Source of the DNA: Macrostomum lignano
Lineage: Eukaryota
Assembly (NCBI GenBank): GCA_002269645.1
Contig: NIVC01001011.1
Coordinates: forward strand, 178,119 to 242,118
Reading direction: 5' to 3'
Length of the DNA: 64,000 nucleotides
Shown here: positions 63,301-64,000 of the stretch, piece after piece
How the letters are laid out: each line of letters starts with the position of its first letter
How positions within the stretch are numbered: position 1 is the first letter of the stretch
Notes under the pieces: generated by a model
Seen by the model: only the letters and a program-made list of their open reading frames with translations
Told to the model about the DNA's origin: nothing
Databases searched by the model: none
Made by a program: the position numbers and the translations under genes

Positions 63301-64000
63301 AGGCCGCACACGTGGTGCTGCACGATCTGACTGACTCCTGTCAGGTGACCATGGTCGGCTGGGAGGTCTGCGCTGAGAGCATGGTGACCTTTGTGAGTAT
63401 CGCCACATTTCACCTGATACTACTACCTGATTACAATCCCAATACTACCAGATTACAATCCCACTATTACCTGATTACAATCCCACTATTACCTGATTAC
63501 AATGCCACTATTACCTGATTACAATGCCACTATTACCTGATTACAATCCCACTATTACCTGATTACAATCCCACTATTACCTGATTACAATCCCACTATT
63601 ACCTGATTACAATCCCACTATTACCTGATTACAATCCCACTACTACCTGATTACAATCCCAATGATACCAGATTACAATCCCAATACTACCAGATTACAA
63701 TCCCAATGATAGGCATATTACAATCAATACTACCTGATTACCCTGTTCCCTACCACACGAACTCAGGAGAACCGCTGAGCAGCTGATGCTGCAGGGCTGC
63801 GGCCCAAAAGCCGATTTCGTCCGCAAGCATCTACGGTCAACGTGCTGCGGCCAGCGCCTGCTGCCCCGGCTTCGTCTTCTGGCGACGAGCTGGCGATGCG
63901 CTGCCGTGCTGTGGCCCGCAGGTGGCCGCGGCAGACCGAGCGGGCGCGGTTCCGGGTGGAGCGCTGGCCGGGCACTTGGGGTGCCGGGCATGGCCGTTCC
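60331..64000 (+). CDS. Inosine-uridine preferring nucleoside hydrolase family gene, 5+ exons, runs off the right edge; exon 5 frameshifted as given
   Basis: IIDTDCGLDD (DxDxxxDD Ca2+ motif), GNT, IPIYRG, HGEDGLGD, LGPLTNLALA, IMGGN, EFNFY.DPEAAHVV. Exons 60331-60507, 61212-61389, 62595-62708, 63250-63392, 63767->64000. Confidence 0.93.
60584..60878 (+). mobile_element. tRNA-derived SINE, copy 2, in nucleoside hydrolase intron 1
   Basis: GGGGGCTGCAGCTC head, B-box GGTTCGATTCTC, TGTGTCCTTGAGCAAGACAC motif, 3' body shared with 22645-22956, AAT-rich tail. Confidence 0.88.
61390..62450. repeat. GT-only minisatellite (GGTGTGGGGTTTGGTGTGGTTTCT-type), hydrolase intron 2
   Basis: Starts at the GT donor (61390); near absence of A leaves three long stop-free frames. 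Confidence 0.95.
62755..63235. repeat. 22-bp minisatellite (GCCACTAGATTACAACCCAATTA), hydrolase intron 3
   Basis: About 21 copies ending just before the acceptor at 63249. Confidence 0.95.
63415..63742. repeat. 21-bp minisatellite (CCACTATTACCTGATTACAAT), hydrolase intron 4
   Basis: About 15 copies; shares the GATTACAA core with the intron-3 repeat. Confidence 0.93.

Overview
Eukaryotic (animal, probably invertebrate) genomic DNA, not a prokaryotic locus: GT-AG spliced genes, TTAGGG repeats, SINEs, MITEs and many intronic minisatellites. The style resembles the flatworm Macrostomum, but that is inference only. Left to right: (1) a giant RNF213/mysterin-like AAA+ ATPase/E3 ligase gene on the minus strand (ATG at 19882, running off the left edge). 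Its splice phases were checked by hand and are consistent over 14 exons. It has a 7.5-kb exon, an atypical RING (His->Asp) and an N-terminal arm expanded by ~237-aa tandem repeats. (2) A transposon-rich, partly CpG-free spacer at 20-29.7 kb. (3) An intronless NADAR/YbiA-family gene (29960-30448). (4) An 11-exon EXOC1/Sec3 gene (31232-54785) whose introns are inflated by satellites, including a 7.3-kb 23-mer array and an interstitial TTAGGG tract. (5) A 3-exon orphan Cys-rich membrane-protein gene on the minus strand (57380-58785). (6) An IU-family nucleoside hydrolase gene (60331 to the right edge). Single-base frameshifts in EXOC1, the orphan gene and the last hydrolase exon suggest long-read consensus errors, less likely a decaying duplicate. 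No CRISPR array, rRNA or true tRNA was found. The best leads are the unusual RNF213-like protein, the adjacent NADAR gene and the orphan gene. A functional link among them is not shown by the sequence.
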